Shown here: positions 10,060 to 22,529 of the stretch, piece after piece
How positions within the stretch are numbered: position 1 is the stretch's first letter
Layout of the letters: every line of letters starts with the position of its first letter
Assembly (NCBI GenBank): GCA_034521595.1
Contig: JAXHMG010000003.1
Span: 2,560,001 to 2,624,000, forward strand
DNA length: 64,000 nt
From: Gemmatimonadota bacterium
GTDB lineage: Bacteria > Gemmatimonadota > Gemmatimonadetes > Longimicrobiales > Gaopeijiaceae
Reading direction: 5' to 3'
Notes under the pieces: model-generated
What the model was told of the DNA's origin: nothing
Seen by the model: the letters and a program-made list of their open reading frames with translations, nothing else
The model's database searches: none
Translations under genes and position numbers: made by a program

Positions 10060-12005
10060 CCCGTCTCCTCCGAGAAGTCGAAGTGGCTCGGCGCAGCGCC
10101 ACAGGACCCCATGCCCCACCCCGCCGACAAGCTGAGCCACCGTCCGAGCCCGAGCGGACTCGATGAGCTGGCCCCGGGGAACAATCCGGTTGACGCTCGC
10201 CGAAAGAGAGGTTCCTCCGAATCCCACCACACGAGGGCATCGTGCGCCCGGGCCAGGAATTCTCGATACGCCTCGCCAGGACCGAACACGACTCGGTTCA
10301 GGTTCATGCAGGGCGCGAGCGTCGCCATGAGCGCGAAGCCCTCCCAAGCCAATCCCCGCACCGTCGCCGAATCCAACACCAGTCCGGGTAACATCCGTGC
10401 AATCGCCTCCGTGCTGGCCGGTCGCTCCATGTGGATCCGCCCAGCGGTCCGCGCGGCCGTGCGGCGGGCCTCACTCAGCCGCGCCGCATCCGCCTCCCGG
10501 CCCGTCTCCACGAAGAACGACGCCAACGCCCGACCACCCTCACGAATCATCGCGTGTCCGACCAGGTTGTCCATCAAGGTAGGCCCTTGATCCGCGAGGA
10601 GAAATCCCACGGACACGACTTCACGGATCAAGGTTTCCGCCTCCGCATTGCGGCCCTCCAGAAGCGCGGATCCGGCCGCCGCCAGGTGGGCATGGCCCCC
10701 GACGCGAAGCCCGCTCAAGCGTGGTGTGGGCAGCACCGTGCCTCCTCCGCCGCCGGCGAGTGGGGTGAGGCGATCGCCCCACCGGGCGGCGGCGGCATCG
10801 ATCCGCTCCGCTCGGGCCAGACGCGAGAAGTCCGTGTGGGCACGATGATCGGCCAAGGAGGCGAGGTAGCGCCGAAGCTCTTCGTTCGGTGCGTCGGACA
10901 CCGATGGGAACAAGGCCTCGGACCACGTATGGGGGGGAGCCCCGACAGGGTTGGACTCGCCCTCGTCCGGAATCCAGGGCGCTTCGATGCGGAGCGGGGG
11001 CTCGACCTCGCCCGGCCGGACGGGTTCGCTCGAGCCGACATAGGCGAGGTTCTGGAGCAACCGCCCCGCCTCTCCGGCCGTAACCGTCGGATCGTGGGGA
11101 ACGCCATAACCACGGAAGGCCTCCAACTCGGCCGCGCTCCGTTGCACCCGCTCATATTCGGGAATCGACACACGGGCGAGCGCTGGACCGACTGCGGAGG
11201 TAGGCACCAGGGAGAGGACGGGCAGCAGCACCACCACCGCAGCCACACCCGCAGCCACCGTCCCGCGGCGCAACCGTGCCGCGTGCCGATCCAGGGTCTC
11301 GGGCTCGCGAGTGGACGCGCGCGTGGCTTGCTGCCACGCCCGGATACGCTCGGGATCGAGGTCATCCTCCCACGCACCCCCGTGCCACGCCTTTCGGGCT
11401 CTCCGGATGCGTGCGTCCTCCGTCAAGCCGGTGACGGCGCCGAACAGATAGAAGCCGGCCGCGGGCGCGACGGTCACGAGCAAGAGTGTCTCCGGCCCGA
11501 TCCAACCACGAGCCGCCACCCAGAGCCCGAGCGCCAGACTCGAACACAGCCAGAGCCCACCCGCCGCGTGCAACGCGGCCGTGAGAACCCGCAACGAGCG
11601 AAGCACCTCACGCGCCCGCGGCTCGAGCACGGAAAAGTAGCGTCGACCGGCTAGCAGGAACCCCATATCCCGGCGACGGTCCGCGACGACGTACAGCACA
11701 GTGTCGACGCCGTACCCCCGCTCGACCGCCCGGGTCGCCCGATGGAGGAGCCGGGCCACACGCACGAAGGCATCGATCGCGAACGTCAAACCGAAAGCGA
11801 CGACGACCACCGCCACCCACCACGCATCGGCGAGCGGCCCCAACGTCGCGACGTCGGTTTGCCGGGTGGTGAGCAGGAGAAGCGGAGCCACGAGGAAGAG
11901 CCCCGCGAGCCAGCCACTCGTGACCACCCCCCACAGGTCCCCCTGTAGCCGTTCGAGGCCCGGGGGAGGCCAGCGAAATTCCGTATCCCGTTCGCTCAAC
12001 ACCAC
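10056..12005 (-). CDS. Hypothetical membrane protein (several TM helices plus a large soluble domain)
   Basis: 649-aa ORF with multiple hydrophobic segments; stop overlaps the next start. Confidence 0.75.
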   Translation of the reverse strand: MVLSERDTEFRWPPPGLERLQGDLWGVVTSGWLAGLFLVAPLLLLTTRQTDVATLGPLADAWWVAVVVVAFGLTFAIDAFVRVARLLHRATRAVERGYGVDTVLYVVADRRRDMGFLLAGRRYFSVLEPRAREVLRSLRVLTAALHAAGGLWLCSSLALGLWVAARGWIGPETLLLVTVAPAAGFYLFGAVTGLTEDARIRRARKAWHGGAWEDDLDPERIRAWQQATRASTREPETLDRHAARLRRGTVAAGVAAVVVLLPVLSLVPTSAVGPALARVSIPEYERVQRSAAELEAFRGYGVPHDPTVTAGEAGRLLQNLAYVGSSEPVRPGEVEPPLRIEAPWIPDEGESNPVGAPPHTWSEALFPSVSDAPNEELRRYLASLADHRAHTDFSRLARAERIDAAAARWGDRLTPLAGGGGGTVLPTPRLSGLRVGGHAHLAAAGSALLEGRNAEAETLIREVVSVGFLLADQGPTLMDNLVGHAMIREGGRALASFFVETGREADAARLSEARRTAARTAGRIHMERPASTEAIARMLPGLVLDSATVRGLAWEGFALMATLAPCMNLNRVVFGPGEAYREFLARAHDALVWWDSEEPLFRRASTGLFPGASSSSPLGLGRWLSLSAGWGMGSCGAAPSHFDFSEETG

Positions 12006-12327
12006 CTCACGGGTTGTACGCGACCTCGTCCTGCGTGGTGCCGAACGGTGTCCGCGCGTTCACCGAAACTCCCGAGAGAAGACCCCAAAGCTCGGCGTTG
12101 AGGTCCACCCGAGGGTCATGCGCCTCGACACTCGGCGACGCCCATCGGACCTCGCGCATCACCGAGGCAGCCCAAGCGTCGTCGGCCCCGCGTTCCGGCG
12201 ACCTTGCGCACCCATCCGACGGCTGTCATCTCACCAACCCGTCCCGTACCGGAGGGGGGAGCGGGAGCCTCTCCGGGGTGGAAACCGTCGTGGACACCGG
12301 CCCGCGCCCAACCCACGAGGAGCCGAG

Positions 12328-13338
12328 ATGACAGCGAGACCCCGACCGACCCCCGAATCCGAGCCGAGCCTTCCGGGAGCACCTGGCCGAGCGGTCGCAG
12401 CGATCCGCTCGGAGGACATCGAGTCCGCGCGGGAACGCATCGCTCCCAGCATCCGGCGAACCCCGCTGCTCCCGCTCGAAGGCGCGAGGATGCCTTGCTC
12501 CATGCACCTCAAGCTCGAGTCGCTACAGCCGATCGGGTCCTTCAAGCTGCGAGGCGCGGCCAACGCGATGGCCCTCGCCGACGGCAAGGCGCTCCAGCGT
12601 GGCGTGTACACGGGCAGCGCCGGCAACATGGCTCAGGGGATCGCCTACGCCGCACGTGAGCGGGGCATCGCCTGCCGGGTCATCGTACCCGAAACCGCTC
12701 CCGAAACGAAGATCCGCGCGATCGAACATCTGGGAGCGACCTGTGTGCCCGTTCCCTACGAGGAATGGTGGTCGATCCTCCAGAACCATGGAGATCCCGA
12801 AGAGCCGGGCTTCTTCATCCATCCGGTCGCGGACGCTTCCGTCATCGCCGGTAACGGAACGATCGGTCTGGAGATCCTCGAAGATCTCCCCGAGGTGGAT
12901 GCCGTCGTCGTGCCCTTCGGGGGCGGGGGCCTATCTTGCGGCATCGCGTCGGCGGTGAAGGCCGCTCGCCCCGACGTCCGGGTGTTCGCGGCCGAAGTGG
13001 AAACCGCCGCACCGTTCGCGGCATCCCTTCGGGCGGGTGCACCGATGTCGATCGAGCGGGTCCCCTCTTTCGTGGACGGGATCGGAGGGTCGAGCGTGCT
13101 GCCCGAGATGTGGCCCCTCGCGTCGAACCTGCTCGACGGCTCGATCGTGGTCGGGCTCGAGGAGGTACGGAACGCGGTCCGCATGCTCGTGCGCGACTCG
13201 CGGATCGTGGCCGAGGGCGCGGGCGCGGCGGCGCTCGCCGCGGCCCTCACCGGTGCCGCGGGTGGAGGAACGGTCGCGGTCGTGATCTCGGGCGGGAACA
13301 TCGACGCCTCGGTGCTCGCGGACATCCTTTCGAAGTGA
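12328..13338 (+). CDS. PLP-dependent threonine/serine dehydratase family protein
   Basis: LKLESLQPIGSFKLRGA, SAGNMAQG, GNGTIGLEI, VPFGGGGL, EGAGA, ISGGNID; GAGGAG RBS. Confidence 0.92.
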   Translation: MTARPRPTPESEPSLPGAPGRAVAAIRSEDIESARERIAPSIRRTPLLPLEGARMPCSMHLKLESLQPIGSFKLRGAANAMALADGKALQRGVYTGSAGNMAQGIAYAARERGIACRVIVPETAPETKIRAIEHLGATCVPVPYEEWWSILQNHGDPEEPGFFIHPVADASVIAGNGTIGLEILEDLPEVDAVVVPFGGGGLSCGIASAVKAARPDVRVFAAEVETAAPFAASLRAGAPMSIERVPSFVDGIGGSSVLPEMWPLASNLLDGSIVVGLEEVRNAVRMLVRDSRIVAEGAGAAALAAALTGAAGGGTVAVVISGGNIDASVLADILSK

Positions 13339-13359
13339 AGGGAGACCGGTCACGACGAA

Positions 13360-13387
13360 GGGGCCGGTGGCGAATGCCACCGGCCCC
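13360..13387. terminator. GC-rich hairpin between convergent genes (putative terminator)
   Basis: GGGGCCGGTGGC-GAAT-GCCACCGGCCCC perfect 12-bp stem; weak U-tract. Confidence 0.65.
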
Positions 13388-13441
13388 CGGTCGGCCTCCT
13401 GACTCACCCGCCGTCGCTGTGCGCCGACAGGGATCGAAGGG

Positions 13442-15628
13442 CTATTTGACGAACAGCATGTCCCGATAGGTGGGAACGGGCCACAGATCGTCCGGCACGA
13501 TGCGCTCCAGGCGATCCACGACATCGCGAACCGCGGTCAGGGTAGGAATGATGCTGCTGCGCATGTGCTCGGCCTTGGAAACGACATCGTCGCCTCCGGG
13601 GTCCTGGTTCTGCTCGGCGAGCACCGTGACCTTCTCGTTCAGCTGATCGACGAGCGCGTTCACCTTGCGAGCGGTCGTGAGCACTCCCTCGGCGGCCAGC
13701 CCGAGGTCATCGGCGCGACCCGCGGTCGCCAACAGATCGTTCAGATACCGCTGGGCCGCGGGCAGGTACATGGTCTGCGCCATGTGCTGGCCGGTCTCGC
13801 CCTCGATGTTGATCGTCATGAAGAACTGCTCGACGAAGATCTCGTACCGGGACTCGAGCTCGCGTGGCGAGAGCACATTGTACTTCTCGAACAGCGCGGC
13901 GTTCTTCTCGCTCACGAGGGTTGGCAGCGCATCCATCGTGGTTCTCAGATTCAAGAGTCCCCTGCGCTCGGCCTCTTCCACCCACTCCTGCGAGTAGTTG
14001 TCGCCATTGAAGATCACGTGCTTGAACTCGTGGATCTCCTCCGCGAGGAGCTGCCGAAGGGCATCCTCGAACGAAGTCCCCTTCTCGAGCGCTGCTTCCA
14101 GCTTGGTGCACAGGTCGTCGATGGCTTCAGCCACGATCGTGTTCAGCACGATGATCGGTCCCGACACGCTCTGGGAGGACCCCACCGCACGGAACTCCCA
14201 CTTGTTGCCCGTGAACGCGAACGGCGACGTCCGGTTCCGGTCACCGGCATGCTTCGGAAGCTTCGGCAGAACGTCGACGCCGAGCCCGAGCAGCCCGGAC
14301 TGCTTGCTCGTCTTGGCCTCCCCTGCATTTTCGATCTGCTCGAAGATGTCCTGAAGCTGGTCACCGCAGAACGCCGAGATGATCGCCGGAGGAGCCTCAT
14401 TGGCACCGAGCCGGTGATCGTTGCCGGCGTGCGCGATGCTCCCACGCAGGAGGTCCTGATGTCTCGCGACGGCCTTCAGAACGGCAGAGCAGAAAAAGAG
14501 AAACTGAATGTTCTCGTGGGGCGTCTCGCCGGGCTCGAGGAGATTCTGCTCGGACGTCCCGAAGGACCAGTTCACGTGCTTTCCGCTCCCGTTGACCCCC
14601 TGGAACGGCTTCTCGTGAAGTAGGCAAACGAGCCCGTACTTACGAGCGACCCGCCGCAGCGTGGACATCATGAGCTGCTGATGATCCGCGCCCTGGTTCG
14701 CGTCCTCGAAGATCGGCGCCATCTCGTACTGGCCCGGAGCGACCTCGTTGTGCCGCGTGGTGACCGGGATGCCGATCTTGTAGAGCTCGAACTCCACCTC
14801 GTTCATGTACTCCAGCACGCGGGCGGGGATGGAGCCGAAATAGTGGTCGTCCATCTCCTGGCCTTTCGGAGGCCGGGTACCGAACAGGGTTCGGCCCGAG
14901 GTGACCAGATCCGGCCGCCGATAGAAGAACTCCTCGTCGACGAGGAAGAACTCCTGCTCGGCGCCACAGGTCGCGCGTACGGCGCGCGGAGGTGAACCGA
15001 AGAGCTCGAGTGCCCTGCGGGCCTGCCGGTCGAGCGCATGCATCGAGCGGAGCAAGGGCGTCTTCTTGTCGAGCGCGTCTCCCGTCCAGGATGCGAACGC
15101 CGTCGGAATGCAGAGATACGCACCACCGGGCCCTTCGACGAGAAACGCGGGGGACGTCGGATCCCACGCGGTATAGCCGCGTGCTTCGAACGTCGGACGG
15201 AGTCCCCCGGAGGGGAACGACGAGGCATCGGGCTCTCCCTGGACGAGCGAGTCACCCGTGAACTCGGTGATCGCCCGGCCGTCTCCCGTCGGCTTCAGGA
15301 ACGAGTCGTGCTTCTCCGCCGTCAGTCCGGTCAACGGCTGGAACCAGTGCGTGAAGTGGGTCGCGCCCTTCTCCATCGCCCAATCCTTCATGGCGATAGC
15401 CACCGCATCCGCGACGGACGCATCGAGCTCCGTGCCGTTCTGTATCGTGGCGACGAGTGCCTTGTACTGCGGCTTTGGCAACCTCGACTTCATCTGGTGC
15501 AACCCGAAAAGGTTGTCGCCGAATACTTCCTCGAGGTTGATGCGCTTCTGTACGATACCGTTCTCGTCCGATACCGGCGCGTACTGCGCGGCTGCGAGCG
15601 TGTCGAAACGGGGTGTGGTCCTGGGCAT
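13442..15628 (-). CDS. glnA: Glutamine synthetase type III
   Basis: 728 aa; [83 protein letters not shown]. Confidence 0.96.
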   Translation of the reverse strand: MPRTTPRFDTLAAAQYAPVSDENGIVQKRINLEEVFGDNLFGLHQMKSRLPKPQYKALVATIQNGTELDASVADAVAIAMKDWAMEKGATHFTHWFQPLTGLTAEKHDSFLKPTGDGRAITEFTGDSLVQGEPDASSFPSGGLRPTFEARGYTAWDPTSPAFLVEGPGGAYLCIPTAFASWTGDALDKKTPLLRSMHALDRQARRALELFGSPPRAVRATCGAEQEFFLVDEEFFYRRPDLVTSGRTLFGTRPPKGQEMDDHYFGSIPARVLEYMNEVEFELYKIGIPVTTRHNEVAPGQYEMAPIFEDANQGADHQQLMMSTLRRVARKYGLVCLLHEKPFQGVNGSGKHVNWSFGTSEQNLLEPGETPHENIQFLFFCSAVLKAVARHQDLLRGSIAHAGNDHRLGANEAPPAIISAFCGDQLQDIFEQIENAGEAKTSKQSGLLGLGVDVLPKLPKHAGDRNRTSPFAFTGNKWEFRAVGSSQSVSGPIIVLNTIVAEAIDDLCTKLEAALEKGTSFEDALRQLLAEEIHEFKHVIFNGDNYSQEWVEEAERRGLLNLRTTMDALPTLVSEKNAALFEKYNVLSPRELESRYEIFVEQFFMTINIEGETGQHMAQTMYLPAAQRYLNDLLATAGRADDLGLAAEGVLTTARKVNALVDQLNEKVTVLAEQNQDPGGDDVVSKAEHMRSSIIPTLTAVRDVVDRLERIVPDDLWPVPTYRDMLFVK

Positions 15629-15748
15629 GGTGCGTTACCTCACTGACGCTTGGTGTATGTCGAGCCTTGAATCTCGGGCAGCTTCACCTGGGACTCAATG
15701 GTCTATAACATATATATACTTACGCTAATTATTCTTAGGCAACCTACC

Positions 15749-17143
15749 ATGGCGCACCCAAGTGGGCGGTTCGTTGGGCGCAGCAGGGAAATCGGCCGGA
15801 TACGCACGGCACTCGACCAGCCGCACGCTTCGCTCATCCGCATCGAAGGCATGCGCGGGATCGGCAAATCCGCGCTCGTTGCCCGAGCGCTGGAAGAGGG
15901 CCAGCACGTCTCCCTACGGGTGCCGGCCCTTCCGGAGCCGTTGCAGGTCGCGAGGTTGCGCGCGAACCTCGTCGGCGGAGACGAGGCGAGCATGTCCGAG
16001 GGTGGGAACGAGGGGTGGCCCGGTCTGTTCGCCATGGCTTTGCGGAGGGCCCGCCCGGACGGCCCTCCCTTCGCTTTCGTGCTCGACGACGCGCACCGGC
16101 TAACTGAAGCGCGTGCACGGTACCTGGAGCCGCTTTCGGCCGCCCTGCGCTCGGCTCGAGAGGAGCGGAGACCGTTCCACGTCGTCCTCGTGGGCCCGAT
16201 CGCGCGCGAGAACGGCGAGCTCGAGAACGACGAGCTCGAGGGTGACCGCATCGTCGTCCACCCCCTTCCACTCCGTCCCGCGACCGGCCTCCTTCCCGGG
16301 CGAACCGCTCGCGACCGGATCCGCGCCTATAGCGTATTCGGGGGGATCCCCCGCGTGCTCGCCGCCGTGGAAAGGGATGTGACGCTGGAGACGAACATTC
16401 GCAGGCTCGCGTTGGAGCCCGACGCTCCCTTCGAAAACGTCGCCGCGCACTGGCTCGAGCGCGACCTGCAGACGCCCAGTCGGTATAACGCGATCCTCGC
16501 CCGACTGGCGCACGGGGAGTGTGACTGGGGCACGCTCCACGAGGCCGTTCCGGACCTTACGTCCAGCGGCCAGTTGGCACCCTACCTCGGGCGGCTCGAA
16601 GAGTTGGGGCTGGCGTCCGTCCGCCGCTCGCTCGACGCCGCTCCGAACAGCCGCTCCCGCCGGTACGTGGTGAACGACCCGTTCCTCGCGTTCTGCTATC
16701 GTTTCGTGATGCACGCATCCGGTACCGAGGAGCGGCTCGGACACATTCGTGCGGCGCTGGATGAGCACGTTGGCACGGTGTTTCCGCGAATCTGTCGGCA
16801 ACACATGGAGCACGACGCCCTCGAGACGCTCGGAGCCAACGCCCGTGAGCTGGGGAGTCTCTGGAGCCCCGGTCCCGAGGTCCCCGTCGCCGGGCTCTTG
16901 GCCTCCGGCCCCGCTTTTTACGGCGACTGCTGGTGGGACCAGCCCCGCCAACGCGACGATCCGTTCGGGGAGCTGGATCGAGCCACCCGGGAAACGCGAT
17001 ACGGTTTCGGGCGGGAGCACCGCCTGCGCCTGCTGTTCACCGGCCACGCGGCCCCACGGTGGCTGGAGCGCGAAGCAGTGCGCCGCGAGCAGTGTCGGCT
17101 GATCGGTCCCGAAGCGCTGGTCGGGGGCGGTCGAGCCCGCTGA
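15749..17143 (+). CDS. AAA ATPase of the 'archaeal ATPase'/DUF234 type
   Basis: FVGRSREI, Walker A GMRGIGKS, Walker B FVLDDAH, YSVFGGIPR, YVVNDPFLAF. Confidence 0.8.
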   Translation: MAHPSGRFVGRSREIGRIRTALDQPHASLIRIEGMRGIGKSALVARALEEGQHVSLRVPALPEPLQVARLRANLVGGDEASMSEGGNEGWPGLFAMALRRARPDGPPFAFVLDDAHRLTEARARYLEPLSAALRSAREERRPFHVVLVGPIARENGELENDELEGDRIVVHPLPLRPATGLLPGRTARDRIRAYSVFGGIPRVLAAVERDVTLETNIRRLALEPDAPFENVAAHWLERDLQTPSRYNAILARLAHGECDWGTLHEAVPDLTSSGQLAPYLGRLEELGLASVRRSLDAAPNSRSRRYVVNDPFLAFCYRFVMHASGTEERLGHIRAALDEHVGTVFPRICRQHMEHDALETLGANARELGSLWSPGPEVPVAGLLASGPAFYGDCWWDQPRQRDDPFGELDRATRETRYGFGREHRLRLLFTGHAAPRWLEREAVRREQCRLIGPEALVGGGRAR

Positions 17144-17147
17144 CTCG

Positions 17148-20100
17148 TCAGCCGTCCCGATCCGCCGGCGGAAATCGGACGGCGAATGTGGCCCCCTGCC
17201 CGGGTTCGCTCTCGACATGGATCGTGCCACCACTCTGCTTGACGATTCCGTACGAAGTGGCGAGCCCCAGACCGGTTCCACCCCGATCCCGGCGGGTGCT
17301 GAAGAACGGCTCGAAGATCCGCGCCCGGGTCTCTCGGTCCATCCCCTCCCCGGTGTCGGCGACCGTCACCGTCACGTACTCTCCGGCGAGGATTCCGGTG
17401 AGCGGTACGGCCTGAGCGGCCTCGATTTCCTCGAGTTCCACCGCAACCGTCACGACACCACCGCGTGGCATCGCGTCCCGCGCATTCGCCACCAGGTTCA
17501 TGACGACTTGCTCGAGTTGGACGCGATCGACGCGCACCGGCGGCAGATCCGGGCTGAGCTCCATGATCAGATCGACGGTGTCCCCGAGCAGTCGCTCCAG
17601 AAGTGGCTCGAGTGATCCCAGCACCGCCGCCACGTCGACCAGGCGTGGCCGGAGCACCTGATCCCGGCTGAACGCGAGGAGCTGTCGGGTGAGCTCCGAT
17701 CCACGCTCGGCGGCGTCCCGGATGAGCGTCACCTCCTCGGCCCATTCGCTTTCTTCCGGAAGGTCGATCAGGAGTAGATCGGATTGGCCCACGATCACCG
17801 TGAGCAGGTTGTTGAAGTCGTGCGCGACGCCTCCCGCGAGCCGGCCCACCGCTTCCATCTTCTGCACCTGCCGTAGTCGCCGCTCGAGCGTTCGCCTTTC
17901 GGTTACGTCACCCGCGACGCCCAGGATTCGGCGCACGACCCCCTCCTCGTCACGAACCGGGAACGCGCGATCCCAGATCCACCGAATCTCGCCGTCGGGA
18001 CGTACGATGCGGTATTCCTCGGCGTAGGTCCCTTCACCCTGACGGGGAAGGGCCGCCCGCACTTCTTCCACATCGTCGGGATGAACCGACTCCAACCATG
18101 CTTCGGGCCGTTCGAACAGCTCGCTCGACGACTTCCCCCAGATGCGCTCGAACGCCGGGCTCACGTACTCGACATGGCCGTCGGGCGCCATGATCCAGAA
18201 GACATCCTGGACGTGCTCGGCGATCTCGCGGAACCGCTGCTCGCTCTCCCGTAGCTGCCGTTCAGCTTGCACTTGCTCCGAAATATCACGCACGACGCTC
18301 ACGACACCGCCGTTCAACCCGGCTTCCGGGTCCAACAGGGCGACCGTCTGGTGCGCTTCGAACACCGTTCCGTCGCGCCGGCGCATCGGTAGGGTCGCAC
18401 GGTGGACCATTCCCCGCCGGAGCGTCGCCTGACTCTCGCGGCCGAAGGCGTGGAATCGCTCACGGGAAGCATGGAGGAGCTCGGTGCGGGAACCGATCAT
18501 CTCCTCCCGGTCCCAGCCGAAGATGAGCTCGGCGGCCCGATTCACCTCGACGATGGTGCGGAAGTCACCCTCCCCCCCGATGACCAACACGGCCTCCGAG
18601 ATGTTCGTCACGATCCGTTCGAGGAAACGCGTCGTCTCCAGGAGGCGCTCGGAGGCGCCACGGCGCTCCGTGATATCCTCTGCGAGCCCACCGATCCGGT
18701 AGACCACGCCCCTCTCGTTCGGAATGGGGAAGAGGTGCAACCGAATCCACCGCGGTTCGTCGCCCTCGTCGCCTACCCGAAACTCGACGTCGCAGGGGGC
18801 TTCACGCGCTGCCGTGAAGCCGGTCCGCAAGCGTTCCCGATCGCTCGGCATGGCATGGTCCGGCACCTCGTCCCAGTGCGCTATACGCTCGGTCCGATCG
18901 AGAAGGTCGGAGAAGCCCGGGCTCGCATGGAGGGTCGTTCCGTCCATGTCCATCAGCACGAGCGCCGTGCCCATGTTCTCCAGAAGCTGGCGGAATCGCC
19001 GCTCCTGGGTCCGCATGGTGTGCTGAGTGCGTTCTCGCTCCCAGCAGCCCGTGGTAGAAGTCTGGTGGGCCGCGTTGGGAGCGCCACGGCCCCAGACCCT
19101 AGGCGACACGACGAAGGCATAGCCCTGAGCTACGTCGAGGAGTGGCAACGACGGAGATGGGGCCGTGCCGCCCCAACCCGAAGGGCACGGGGTTGCGGCA
19201 TCGTACGGCGTCATAGCTCCTCCCCGATGCTTTGGCATCGCATTCGTCGCTCTTCCTTGTACGATATCCGCAAGACCCTCGTGCGCGGCCCACCAGACTT
19301 CTACCACGGGCTGCTAGACCCGCCCCAGCTGCACCGCCGCCTGCTCGACGAGCGTCACCAACTCGGGCTCTCGGATGACGTCGGAGGAGGAAGCCAGCCA
19401 CATCACGGCCGGCACCCGCGATCCCGCCAAGACCGGAACGGCCAACGCGAGCCCGCGGTCCCGCGACTTCCCGGTCGGCGCCGCAGGCTCCCCTTCCGCG
19501 ATGGCGCCGGACCGAACCGCCCTGCGATCGGTCCGGGCCCGCTCGACCAGCTCCAGAGCCGCGCCCGGGACCTCGGCCCCCACGAGCTCGAACGGTTCGG
19601 AGTCGCTCCGCGCGGAGGCGGACGTGTAGCGGAACGGGGAAGGGGTCAGCGCACCGCTCTCCTCCACGTAGAATACCCGCGCGACCTCGAAGCCGGCCGC
19701 GTCGCAAATCAGTGGAACGGCCCGGGTGAGCGCATCGCCGAGTGTATCGTGCGCGTTCACGAGCGCCGTCACCTGCTGCAACAACTCGACGTGCCGGCGT
19801 GCTCCCAGCGCTGTCGGCACGAGCCCCTTCCCTTCCGGGGGCGGAGTGTCGGAGATGTCCTGGATATATCCGGTCAACTCCTGACCGTGGCCAGTCTCCG
19901 TCCCTCGTCCTTGCGCGAGCACCCAACGCTCCGACCCACGCCGCGTTCTGATCCGGTAGGCCACCCGGAATGGAACCCCCTCGGCCAGGGCCTCGTCGAT
20001 CTCTCGAGCGACCCGTTTCCGGTCATCCACGTGCACGAGCGAGGCGAACGAGCGCTCGTCGTTGTGCACGAGCTCCGTCGAGCGATATCCGGTGAGCTCG

Positions 20101-20210
20101 TGCACGTTCTCGCTGAGCGCGAGCATCGTCCAGTGGGCATCGTTGCGGCAGCGATAAACGACACCCGGCAGATCGCTCACGCTCAGGATGTGCTCGAGAG
20201 GCTCGCTCAC
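17148..20210 (-). pseudogene. Multi-PAS/GAF sensor histidine kinase split by the palindromic element (ORFs 19314-20210 and 17148-19307)
   Basis: PAS (LPGVVYRCRNDAHW) and GAF in the 5' part; three PAS domains, H-box KMEAVGRLAGGVAHDFNNLL, N-box QVVMNLVANARDAM, G-boxes DTGEGM and GTGLGL in the 3' part. The two ORFs are in the same frame, separated only by TAG 19316-19314. Confidence 0.8.
19041..19317. mobile_element. MITE-like palindromic element, copy 2 (perfect 30-bp TIRs, flanked by CCAG/CTAG)
   Basis: TIR CAGCCCGTGGTAGAAGTCTGGTGGGCCGCG perfect at both ends; internal sequence homologous to 6514-6793. Confidence 0.92.
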
Positions 20211-20249
20211 ATTGGGTTCCGCCCGGAAGTGAATGGCGTAGCGAGCCCC

Positions 20250-22220
<1,971 letters not shown>

Positions 22221-22529
22221 CTACTCCGTCTCCGCGAGTGCGAAGACGACCCGTTCGAAGGGCGCTTCTTCGATGCGCTCGTTGACGCGTTCGAGGAAGT
22301 CCCGCTTCATCATGTTCAGCTCCATGAGCCACGCGCTGCTCCGGACTTCGACGAACAGCGTCGTGTCCTCCACCGCCTTGGCCCGCGTGACCCGCGCGAG
22401 ATCCTCACCCACGATCTCGGGCCATAGCTCCAGCACCTCCATGCGGCGAACCTGATCACGGACGCCGTGCTTCTCGAGGAGGCCCTCGAGCATCGAGCCC
22501 ACCTTGGCAGGTCCCCCCCTGGCCGTCAT
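22221..22529 (-). CDS. DUF721 / DciA-family protein
   Basis: WPEIVG...TLFVEVRSSAWLMEL; located between recF and gyrB with ATGA overlap. Confidence 0.88.
   Translation of the reverse strand: MTARGGPAKVGSMLEGLLEKHGVRDQVRRMEVLELWPEIVGEDLARVTRAKAVEDTTLFVEVRSSAWLMELNMMKRDFLERVNERIEEAPFERVVFALAETE

Noticed and set aside
19314-19316. Genome-wide TAG recoding as the explanation for the in-frame amber
   Set aside because: TAG terminates ackA, glnA and gyrB at their normal C-termini in this window.
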